From Yuukianura sp. NJ FZ-2021 (Eukaryota): a stretch of 64,000 nucleotides of DNA. The stretch lies in NCBI GenBank assembly GCA_046563655.1, contig CM102287.1, positions 2,604,001 through 2,668,000 of the forward strand. Reading direction: 5' to 3'. This document shows positions 47,281 through 59,225 of this stretch, in pieces. The translations under genes and the position numbers were made by a program. The notes beneath the pieces were generated by a model. That model saw nothing but the letters and a program-made list of their open reading frames with translations, did not search any database and had not been told where the DNA came from. Numbering within the stretch: position 1 is the stretch's first letter; each line of letters begins with the position of its first letter.

Positions 47281-50200
47281 ATTCTTAAAAATTACCTGCG
47301 ACTTTTCCGGACTTCGGAAGATGACAGGAGACAATACGCGAATCCGGAGAAATCCGGGTTACTCAAGAATCATGTCACTGTTGAAATAAGTTGATTAATT
47401 TAGTTAATTAGTTAATCACAATCACTTTAGCAGTTAATCAATTGATTGTTCAAAATTTAGGAAATGTTTAGAACAAAAACACAGACAACGCCAACTTAGC
47501 GTCTTTCCTTGTAGAGATTCTGAGAGCAACTGAATCTTGTGATCTCATCTGTGAGAATTTTGCCTCGACAGAGCTTGAGAGGAGGGTGGAATCCACCCGG
47601 CGGGTATCCTTGGATGAAATTCCTATGGAAACCTTATACCTAAGGTCAACTCTATGATAAAGCCTCCTGTTTCTCCTGAGCCCTTAAGGGCCCCCTCCAG
47701 CATGACTATTCAAGAATGTAGAGGGGCTCTTAAGTTGTTAGTTAGTGCAGGCTTCAATTTCATTTCATTGTTGTGTCCAATGTTTTGTAGTCACTTGGCC
47801 ACATCGGATTTTGGAAGGGCTGGCCATAAATAACGAGGCGTAAGGGCCCTTTCGAAGGGCCCTCTGCTTCCTTAAGGGACGCATTATGGTTTTCAGAGTA
47901 ACAACAGACGGAACAAGGACAATGGACACAAAGGGCCCTTGGCTTCCACTGCTCAAGCAACATTTGATACATTTTTGGTTACTGTTTTGTCCAAGTACCC
48001 TTCCAAAAAAAGTGTCGTTACCGTAAAACTTCTAATAAGCGCCTATCTCTGATAAGCGCTTGGTATCCATCAAATCCCAGTGGTACAACTTGAGATTTTA
48101 AGTAAACGCCTGGGCGTGTAAAAGAAGTTTTACGGTATTTGTAGTGTGCAGTGTTCAGATTAGGGAAGTGTGGGCCCTTAAGTTTGACTAAAAGGAAACT
48201 AATCAATCAGGACCAGGAGCCCTTAAAAAAGAGATAAAACACAGGGCCCTTGGTACACTTACAACGACAACAACTACGATAATTTTTTTCAGTGCACGAC
48301 AAATTCTCCGCGGAGAATTTGTTGAGGACGCTTAAATCAAAATTTTGTAACTAGCTTTCTACTGTTTAATTTAAAGAATGGCGTTTAAGAATTCAAGAAA
48401 GTTGAAAGGGAAAAATTTTGATTACGAAAGTTGTTTTTTAACTGAAGAATTTTGTTTCTGGTAAGTCAGAATGTTTTTGTAATCTGTTGGAGCAGAAGTT
48501 TTAAAATTGTATGATTTCCTTTTCATTTGTTTTAAGGTAAGAAAAACTCCAGAGAGGAAAGTGTTTTTCGCTTAAAAGTGAGTGGGCGTCCCACTTAAAA
48601 TGCAAACTAGGCTCAATATCTCACAAAAGTTGCAGCATATGCTTAAAACCTCTTAGGTCCATGTTATTAAACTACGCAAATTTAACTTCTCTCGTCTCTC
48701 GGTTTTTAAGAAAATGAAAATTCTGCAAACTCCGGCAGCAGTCTGCAGAGATTTCAAAAAAAAAAGAGTGAAAGCTAAAGAGAAAAGATAAAAGATCGTA
48801 AATAAAACAATCGCAAAAAAAACACCCAAATGTAAAAACCTTTTTAGCAGTGAGAGTTGGAGAAAGACAAAACTGAGAAAATCATAGTCACTAATTTTTA
48901 TGAGAAAATGAAAATTTTTCAACGACAATGAGCACTCGTATGGAAGATTTTAGTAAAATTTTGAAAATTTTGAGTTTTAGATTTTTTTGGAATTTAAAAC
49001 GGATGTGTTATCCCCTTGGGAAGTGTGAATGAAAAGACACAAGTTATGCATTATTGAACCCAGTTTTCCAGAAGAAAGTTTTGAGTTTTCAGTGTTTTTT
49101 TGAGTGTTTTTGTGGAAGAGAGTAAAAATGGATGTTTGGAAATGGGACCTCGAGGGATTTCCAGGAATTCCCATTACATAATAACACAATTTCCACTCTC
49201 ATATGCTCCACTTTCATTCTCCAAAATTTAAAACACACGAAACCAGTTTAACTTTCACTTTTTTTAAATTTACATTTTCAAATGTAGGCGTAATTCCAAT
49301 TCCCCGCCATTCAAAAAAGAACAACAAATTTTGCATGACAAAGCTATATCAGAAGTTTATCTTGTGGGATATCGGATTTCTAAGTTAGGGTTGACCTTTG
49401 ACCAAATTTTCAAAAATTTTGAAGTTGTTTTTTGAAAACTTGAAAAAGAAAAGTTTTTGTTCGATTTAGCAGCTCATTAGCTCTTTTTTCAAGATTACCC
49501 AAAGTGTTTTCGTTTGAAGATAGCACTGTAACTTGTTTGTTCTGCTTTAAATTTAGAACAAAAGGTTTCAATTTTTTTAAACAACGGCTTAAATCCTAAG
49601 CCAAAACCATTTTCTAGTTGCAAGTCCAAAGGTCAAAGGTCAAAAGTCGTTTTGATAACATAGTTAAGTCTTTTATGACATTTTACAGTGGGCCATTGTA
49701 CTAAAATTGTAAAGTTCCACTGATTAACAACTTATGGCTTTTTCGTTTTCAAAAAAGCATTCTTAACTTGTTTTGAATTTCAGTTTTGAACAATCAGTTT
49801 ACAATCAGTTTTGTTCTGAACAGTTATATGGCTTTTCAAAACGCCTTGCAGCACGTGTTGTCCTTTGACAAACATTTCCGACACTATCTACAAAGAATGA
49901 CTTTTTCAAAATTTCGAATTTTGAAAATTTGAAAAACTTCTATTGTTGGTACACATTCGATTTCAACAAAGTCTTGTCCCTTGACCTCCGCATTTTATGA
50001 CTTCAGCAATCAACCATCAATTTGTTCTTATTAGCCTCCCGCTTCATTCAATTTTCCAAAATTTGTTCCGCATGATTTCAAAATTTTGTCAAAATTTCAA
50101 AATCTCTTTTTGTCGGAAGTACCCCAATTGAACCGTTATATGAGCCCGGGAGCCCTTAAGGCTCTAAAGGCCCATTTCGCACGTATTTTCACACCTCCAA

Positions 50201-52592
50201 ATTAAGTTTTTCCCAAAAGTAGTAAAATTTTACAATCTTAAGCTGTTAAAAGGAGTGCTAAATAGTTGAACCTTTTGTGCTCGTACAACTTTTGTACTTG
50301 TATGAAAAAGTGAGTGCCTCGCCCTAACAGTACAACTTCAGAATACAAATGTGTGTGATTTGGCACAATGTAGAGTGTGTAGTGGGTGGATTTAATTGTT
50401 CTGATTTATCTGAGAATTAGTGAGAACAAGGGTGACATTCCACCAGGAACTAAAGTTAAATTTAATTGTTGTCGTGAGTTGTGAAGGTGGACGTGCGTGA
50501 TTGAACTGTTGATGAACTAAAGTTACAACAGAGTTAGTTAAGTGCAGTTGTAATTGGGCTACTAAATAGTCAACTTAATGATGGACACACCAAGGTCACA
50601 ACTTAAGAGGGAAATTACAAGGATACAAATCAATTGTTTGAAATGTGGAGCACGGAAACTGAAAAGTGACCTTGAGGTCACGTAGAAAGTGTAACTATAG
50701 TGTAACCATAACTTATAGTGTAACCATAACTTTGAAAACAATTAAGTTACTAAGTTAAAGTGAATTGGTAACAATGGAGTAATTAGTTTTACTTTAATTT
50801 CAAGTCCCACCAAGGAGAGAGCAAGTGGGCCCCAAGGGTGGGGCACTTTTTAGAAAAATTAAAAATTACAAGTTAAAAAAAAATGCGAACAATTGAAAGT
50901 TAATTGGATTGTAAAAATGAAATAAATCAATCACATTTGCAAATTGCAACAAGTTGAAATTTTAATTGGTGCAAGTTGTAACAAAAGTGAAGAAATTATA
51001 ATCAAAAGGAAAACTTGAATTTTGAGTTTTGAATTTCAAAAGTTTTGATTTCTAGATAAAATGCAAATGTGGATATTGATTTTATCGAGATTATCTCAGG
51101 AAACGAAGAATTTTGACAGAAAAGTTCATAAAATTTTGGATTTTTTTGAAAAGTGTATTTTTTTGGAAAGAGTCAGCAGAAATGAAAAGAATGTGTGGTG
51201 AGTGAGAGATTCTTTGGAGATTCTCAAAAACGAATGATTTATTTGACTTGATTTCCTCCTCTAACCGATAAAAATTTTGATTTATGACGTTGACTTGTAT
51301 TAAATTTTGAAAAAATTTCCAACATTTCTTGATCTGTCTCCTTACTCACTTTTTTCCAAACCAAAAAAGGAAGAAAAAGACAGGACAATTTTCAAAAAAC
51401 CAACTTTTTCATCAACAAAATGTAAATTCGACACATTTTTTAAAATCGATGTTTTTTTCATCAAAATTTACAACCTCGTGCTATTACGTTGGGTATAAAC
51501 TGAACATAACTTGACCAAAAGTGAACAAAATTTTGAAAAAGTTGGAGATTTTGATTAAACTTTTGAAGAGGGCGTTTCTCATCATGAAATTTTGAAAGTA
51601 ACAAAGTTCCTTTTTCAAAATGTTTAGAAAAGTTGAAGCGATTAAGCAATTTTTAATGTCTTGGGAGTAACTTTAATCTTGAAAAAAGAAGCGTCTGGGT
51701 GGAAGCGATCCGGCAGTTGCTTACCTTAGCAACTGGAGGAGCCCTTGGAAGTTTAAGGGCTCGGCCCTTACGAGTATTTATGGTCCCTTGGCTTCACTTT
51801 ATGATTAGAGGGCAGGGCCCTTCGTTGACATATGACTGATGCAGTCTCCACAGTACCTTTGACCCATGAACAAAAAATTGTGGAAATAATTTTGAACAAA
51901 ATGATGTTCCATAAGGGCCCCCCATTTTTCTAAGGGTTCGCATCTTTGCTTTATAAGGGTACATCTTTAGCGTCAACGGATTCAAAAAGAGATAACTTTT
52001 CCTTGGACTTGTGTTACTCCAAGATACACTTTGACTGTTTTACTTTTGTCATTTTTCAGCTGCGACTGTCCAAGTACCCTTAGATGTACCCTTAGAAATA
52101 CTCTTACATGTACCCTTGAACACAAAAAAAGTATCAAAGATCTAGAAAAATGTCACAGAAGACATACTAAACTGGAAAGATAAGACAAAACAAATGGAAA
52201 GATGTAACAATAGGTTTGCGGTTGGAATTGGTTCACTTTTCGGCAGAACTGCGGAAATGTCAGAGAGAATTTTTTTGAAAAAAAAAATGGTTTCCTTTGT
52301 TTTCCAAAAATTGTGAGAACGAAGGGCCCTTACTTTCTGAAACAGAGGAGGCGTAAGGGCGTAACTCAATCTTAAGGGCCCTTGGTGCACTTCAAGTCCT
52401 GAATGATTGTAACGAACTCTCTTTGGAAAAATGGGTGTACACTGTAATTACCTCATAATTTTGTAATTACAAAAAACAAAAAGTTAATTTGTAATTAACT
52501 TTGTTAAATTAAAATAGTAACTTTACTTAAAACTGAATTTGCATAATATTTTATACGAAAGCGTCACCCCATAATTTCAGGCTGCTGCTTTT

Positions 52593-52656
52593 GCCATCTA
52601 GCGAACGAGAATAGCCTGTTGTAGACGCGGCAGAGAGGATTTGACTACTAGATGGC
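52593..52656. promoter_or_regulatory. Inverted pair of CTCF-like cores (CTAGATGGC)
   Basis: GCCATCTAG at 52593-52601 and CTAGATGGC at 52648-52656 match the core of the insect CTCF motif. They lie between the Toll 2 upstream region and the ZMYM gene. Confidence 0.4.
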
Positions 52657-53539
52657 CCTAGAGCATAATATGCATTGTAGTAACGAGGTATAAACTGTGA
52701 GGTGGAGGTTGGAGGTGCATTTACTAACGTTAACTAGTTGTTAATTAATGGATCAATTAATTAATTGTTTCAAGCGTAAATTTAGAATTAAGCCAATAGT
52801 TGGGGATTGCATTGAAAAAGTATATACCGCCCCTTCTGTATTGAAAAATCACGTGCGGTGAGCCTTCTTTGAAAACCCCACGGAACACAACGTTGCCAAC
52901 TCACTACACACTAACTATTCGCGAATTTTAGCGTCGCAGTTATATTCACGTTTTGGTTTTTTAATAATGAACCCCTCAAATTATCCAATTACAGTTTTAC
53001 CAGATCGTAAAGTTACTGGTCTAAAAATGTGTATTGTTTTAATGAAATATTCCACTATCTCCATGTATTTCACAAACTGAAAGCGATTTTTTTTCATAGC
53101 GGTAATGAAGTTACCAATTTGATGCACTAATTACAACATAATTAACTATGTTCTAAAATTCTCTGTTAACAGCCAGCTTAGTTAAGTTAAAATCAAATGA
53201 TTTTCAATTTTAGTTTTTCTCTACGCGAAAATCTTTTCAAAAAATTCAATTTTGATGAGCGCGCGAGGGTGGATTTGGTGGGATTTGAAGAAGCCGAGAA
53301 ACAGCAGTTTTTTTTAAATTTTGTTTTTAAAAAGTTTACCAAATTCTTTTGCGATTTTTAGAATTGAATTTATAAATTTAATTGATGATAATTTATTTTC
53401 GACATTGATGTTGGTGGCACACGCTAATCAACCCTGAGATTGTTGAGTAAATAAGTAAGTAAAAGTTAGTAATGTAAAATAAGTAAAATGAATTATAAAT
53501 TGACTTTGAATGTTTATATTTGATCCAGAACCGGAGATC

Positions 53540-56500
53540 ATGGACGACGTTGATCACGATGTCCACTCTGCTCTCACACAAATTTTGGACACTTTGGAGG
53601 GCACCGAACGTACGATTAGTGATGACAAAACTTTAGATGAAACTGTCAGGGATGTGACACCGGATGACCTAGCAGAAATAATTCAGAGTTCAAAAGATCT
53701 TAATCTGGACGAAGATGGGACAAAGGAGGACATCATTGGACTGGATCCTTCCAGCCCCAGAGAATCTGCGAAATCGGATGACGAAGACAACATGCCCATG
53801 ATTCGAATGAACAGTAGCATCTTTGAAGCTCAGAATGACGACGACGATGACGATGAAATGGTATAACACCTACTTTTGTCATTTTTACATTCATTTTTAA
53901 ACGTTTGACTTACGTTTGATTCGTTCCAGGATCCAGATGCAATTCAGAGCATGATGCAAGTGGAAATGGGCGAAGGCGAATCAGCTGATTTGAGTTATCC
54001 CAAAGACGATGCTGACGAATCTCCAGACAGACGATTACGTCCAAGACGACACGCTGCCGTCGTCGCTTCAAATACAATCAAAGTACGAATCTAAAACGTT
54101 TTTCAGAGTTTCAGAAAACGTTGATTCTTGATTTTTGGATTTCAGCAAATCTCGAGCCTTGAGAAAGGAGTGGACAGAAGTAAAAAGGGGGATGACGATG
54201 TGGAATATCTGGACAGTGTAATGAATTCCAGTCGTCCGACATCCGGCGACCGTCGAAGTAGCTCCACTGTCAATGTGGCCAATACTTCAGTTGGAAACGG
54301 TGACAAGCATCGGTGCCAGCAGTGCAAAATCGTAAATTGAACTAACTAAAATTTTTATCTTTAGCTTGTTGTTGATGACTCTTTCTAAAATGCTTGGCAG
54401 TATGCTCCCTCGGCAGTAGTCGTTCGGCAGTATGGAACGGACATTCATCTCTGCTCCAACAGCTGTTTCAATACGTTTCGGAATCCTGATCCAACGTTTC
54501 GTCCACTTCCGTGTGCCAAGTGTGGCATGTTGTCACGGGACACGGAAACTTCCAAATTGTACTTCTGGGAAACCATGAATTTTTGTTCAGACTTGTGCGT
54601 CGGTAAGAATTTTAAATGCAAAACTCCGCTTTAACTCAATTCTCACCACAGTTCCTCCGTCCACATTTCGGGCAAAAGGTCAAGGTTAAAAGTCATTCTT
54701 CTTACTTTTCAGGCAACTTTCAACTTCAAATTGGCTCCGTTTGTTCAACTTGTTCCAAGAAAACACCGTGGACATGCATGGGCAAATACTGTGTACGATT
54801 TGGCAGTGACATTCGACAGTTCTGCACCGCCCAGTGTTTGGAATCGTACAAAAGAAACGCCCGAGTCTGTTTCCATTGTCAACTGGACATCAAGAAACTG
54901 GGAAATGTCATTATCGCCAATGTACCATTCAAAAACACTCCAAAAGTAAGATCAAGTTGCTACTTTTTAGTCATCTAGAACAAGTTTTCGAAAATACTTT
55001 GAAAATTTTGAAACTCTGGTTTTGTTGGTTTCAGGAATTCTGCAGTCAGGAATGTGTTGAGCAGTACCGTGACTTGAACAACGGAGTTTCTCCAATGATG
55101 AAACCTCCAATCCTAACGATGTGTCACATCTGTAAAATGTTTAGAGAAGTTTATAAAGAACTTGTGACGTCCATCATGTCTTACAAAGTCTGCTCGGTAA
55201 CGTGTTGGGAAAAAGTGAAAAGTCAACAATCCATTAAAGTCGCAACTAAATGCGAATCCTGTCGGAAATACATCAATATGGACACAATTTCAATTTCACC
55301 CAGCCACTATGTGTCGTCAGAGAAAAAAGCATTCGGATTCTGCTCACCTACGTGCAAAAACGTTTTTGTGTTGAAAACCCGCCAGATTCGTCCATGCACC
55401 ACTTGTCAGGTACAATTTTTCAAAAAAAAAATATTTCTTTTTGAAAATTTTATTTTGATTTTTTTTTACTTAGGTGAAAAAGTACAGTTATGACTTGATC
55501 CAGCATCCTGGCGGATCTACATCCCAGTCCTTTGCTGTCTGCTCTCTCAACTGCCTTCCACGACCGTCACATCACATTTTAAATCTGAAGATGAAACTGT
55601 CAGATCCATCTTATGTTCCACCTCTGGTTCCCATGGTTACCATCGTCACGACCGGCACAAGCACTCCGTCCTTGGCGACATTGTCGTCGTCGTCAGTCGC
55701 TGAACCTTATAGATTTGAGTTACGAAATGGACAACTGACTTCGGAAAGTGGAGATCTTGATGTGAGTGTCCAAGAAGTGCAGATTGACGGCATAAGTTCT
55801 CTGGCCGACGGAACTTTTTATGTCAACGGAGAAAATACTGGGCAGTATGAAGATAACGCAGTGACGCAGTACTACTTGTCCACCGGAGATGGTTTGTCAC
55901 ATGACCAAAAAAGTTTCAAAAAAATCTGAAAAGTTTAAAAAAAAACAATTTTTTGAAAAGTTTTGAAAAAATATTTCTAAGCGTTTGATTTTGTTTTCAG
56001 GAGTGACAGTAAATCAGGGCGAACAGCAATTGCTGCAACTGTCGACCGAGGGAATGCTGCAGATTGGGAGTTTGGCGGAAGTTGGAGCAGCAGTAGGAGC
56101 AGTATTTCAGGATGCTGGAACAGCATTTCAACTGGAGCAAGAGGAGTACGATGAGTCAGCATATGCTGGCTCAGTTGAGGGAGAAGAAGTTGACTTGGAT
56201 GATGAAAGGTGGGCCTCCTGTGAGGAATTTGTGATCATTCGACATCCAGAACCACCCGAGCAGAGGAACAAAGGCTGTCAAGTGAAACCGTATCCAAACG
56301 AAGTGTCGACACAGACGGATTCGTCTGAATTGGCGGATATGCCTCGGATCGAGCCGAAGGTCAAAGTGCTCATTGTCCCTGTGCCTATTCTCATTCCATT
56401 TCCAGTCTACAGCTCCAGTCAGCCTGTTCCAGTTCCTTATCCAGTTGGCATTCCAGTCCCAATTCCAATTCCAGTCATTCTGGACAAAGATGCTGCGGAA

Positions 56501-57532
56501 CCAGAAGTAGAAGAGCCAAATACGGCTGCACTTTCTCCGTTTCAGCCAGGTACAATCTTTGAAAACTCCAATTTTTCCGGAAACTATTTTTTTTATTTGG
56601 AAAATTCTTTGATTTTTTCGGAAAATTTTTTGATTTTTCCGGAAAATTCTTTGATTTTGCCGGAAAATTCGGAAACGCCAGATTTTTACCTTGATTTTTT
56701 TTAGAACATGAAGAAAGTGAGGATAAAGAAGAAGAATTTGGGCCGAAAACTACGGAGGAAGAGACGGACTCTGCTGAAATTCCAGCTTCCGAACCGACGT
56801 TACCGACTGAGACCGATACCGACGGGACACGACTTTCTCGAAACGAAACTGACGGTAAAGCAAACGTTTTTTAGTAAATGAAGAGTTGGTTAATCGATTA
56901 ATCCTTGTGTCTAATTTCTGCAGAAGAAGGAAGAGATGACTCAAATGTGATACGCGATGAGGATGAAGATTCGTCGGACGTCGCTGCTATGCTGGAAGCA
57001 GCCATGTCACCTTTGACCCCTCCTCGTCAACCGGGTAAAAACTAAAAAAGTGAAAACTTTTAACTTTTGAGAAACTTTTAGTCAGGCTTTTGTAAGTTTT
57101 ATATTTGTTTTGTTTACTCCAGAAACTGAGGAGGAACAGGAAAAAGAAGCCAACGAACCAGAAATTATGTTTGAAAGTGGACTGTCGCCTTTTGCCCCAA
57201 CTGACGATACTGCTCCAGGTTGGACCTTTCAAAATTTCAGATTTTTTTTTGAAATTTTGTGAAAAGTGGATCGTAAAAGTTTGATTTTGAGTTAATTTTC
57301 AGACATCGATGCCATTAACCCCGAGTTTGTTCCACATTTCGAAGCTTTTCCGGGGTTTGATGCTGACGATGTTGAGATGATGGACACGAGTGAACCAATA
57401 GATCTGTTAGGCCAAGCACAAACTACTACGGCAGCTTCCAATACTGCGCCAGCATCCAGTACTGCCGAAATACTGGATTCAGAAACTACAGATCCACTGG
57501 AAGCGGACATTTTTAAAACCCTTTGTAACTAG
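53540..57532 (+). CDS. woc: MYM-type (FCS) zinc-finger protein, woc/ZMYM2-4-like; exons 53540-53860, 53930-54082, 54146-54331, 54401-54602, 54713-54945, 55035-55409, 55474-55891, 56001-56549, 56705-56854, 56924-57034, 57123-57218, 57303-57532
   Basis: Acidic N-terminus and tandem CxxC...FCSxxC fingers (YFWETMNFCSDLC, RQFCTAQCL, EFCSQEC, FCSPTCKNVF, CTTCQVKKYSYDLI). It has the RNKGCQVKP..STQTD motif and the ZMYM-type PVPILIPFPVY...PVPIPIPV Pro-rich segment. All junctions are GT-AG and in frame. Orthologue versus paralogue status is uncertain. Confidence 0.75.
56572..56675. repeat. Intronic 21-bp tandem repeat (GGAAAATTCTTTGATTTTTCC)
   Basis: About 4 copies inside intron 56550-56704 of the ZMYM gene. 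Confidence 0.75.
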
Positions 57533-59225
57533 ACAAAGTGAAGACTTTTATATACAAGTGACTTAATCAATTGAATTAATTAGTTTGTGGATTAATTGAA
57601 TTCAATGATACTCACATGACTCGGGGATTCTTGTGTTAAAGTTCTCTTTTGTATTATTTATGCTAAAAAGTGGATAAGAGTTAAAGTAAATTATGGAATC
57701 TATGAAATAAATCAAAAGTTAATTATAAGAATTCGCAAAAGTTAATTAGTTAATTACAGAGTTAATTAGCAAAATTAATGTGTCGAAACTTTAGATATAA
57801 AACAGATTTTGAATGGAAAAAGGACGCTTTTTATGAATGGATTCGAAAGAGTAAATTTTTTACGCGACGCTTCCTCCCTTAAAAACGTAAACGAAATTTA
57901 TGAATGAATTTGGAAGAGTCCATTTTTACTCTACCCTTCTTTCCCTCAAGAATCGTAGTAAAATTTTTATCAATGAACGTGGAAGAGTCCAGTTCAATTT
58001 ACGCGAGACTTCCTCTCCTCAACGTCCATTTTTTTATGAATGAAACTTAAAATTAAAATGAAATTTAATTTTGAAAATTTCTGATTACTGGTACTTCAAA
58101 ATTTTAATAATTCCAGTTTGAATTTTAGTAATTACGATTAATGTGTTAATGATCTTTGGTAAAATGGGTTTAAAACTCACTCTTATTCTTAGTTTACACA
58201 ATTAATTAGTTTAATTAATTAAAAGCAGAAGTCCTTACACAATGAAGCACATTATCAAGAACTCGATGTTCAAAATTTTAAGTTTCTTCAACATTTGAAT
58301 TTCAAATTTTAAACTCTAAGAAAAAGGACAAATGTCTCCACGGTTTCTATTTACAATCTCATAAAATATCAATCATTCCCAATCTCAATTCCTCAGTTTT
58401 TGTTTGTTTTGTAATTAACTAATTAGTTAATTAATTAAAATGACAAATTGGATGGTGATTAAAAGTGAATTAAAGTTAAAGACTAGTTTATGTGTAGCTC
58501 AACCCTAACTGTGTCCTTAGAAAGTGAAGAAGTTAGTTAAAATGGAGTTAATTAGTAATTAACATTGTAATTTCAATAAGTTTAAGTGAATTTGTTGTAA
58601 AGGAAAGCTCGATTTTGAAGTTAACTTTAATTACAATTAAGTTTTATAAGGTTAAGATTATTCTAAATTGTTAAACTTGAATGTTTTAGGATATGTTTGA
58701 AAACATGCTTTGATAAAAGTTGGTGAAAATCTCAATCAAATAAATTAGCTTCATAAAACAAGTGAAACGTGAATTAAATTATTTAGTTGTACTAATTATA
58801 ATTAAACTAGAATTACTTATAATTAACACAAAAACTAAATGCGGAATCGAAAAACCAAAACTTTTGATAAATATCACAGAAACGTTTGGGATAAAAACCA
58901 AAAACAAATTGTAACTTTACACATTTTCTACTTAAAACTATTTAAATTGAGGCTTAATTGATATTTAATGATTGATACTAATTATTTTAATTGTGCCAAA
59001 GTTTAATTTTGTAATTAACGTAGGGATTATGTTTTGGTATTGGTTGCAAAAACTCAGGCGATGGATAGGATACGTTTCAAACTCAAATGATATTCTCGTT
59101 CCGAGGCTCACGACGTGTGACCTGTGATATGTTCTTTCTTGACCTTTGACCTTGACTTCAAGAATAGGTCAATGACCTTGACCTCAGGAGAAAGTCAATG
59201 ACCTTGACCTTTGTCTCTTCCTTGT

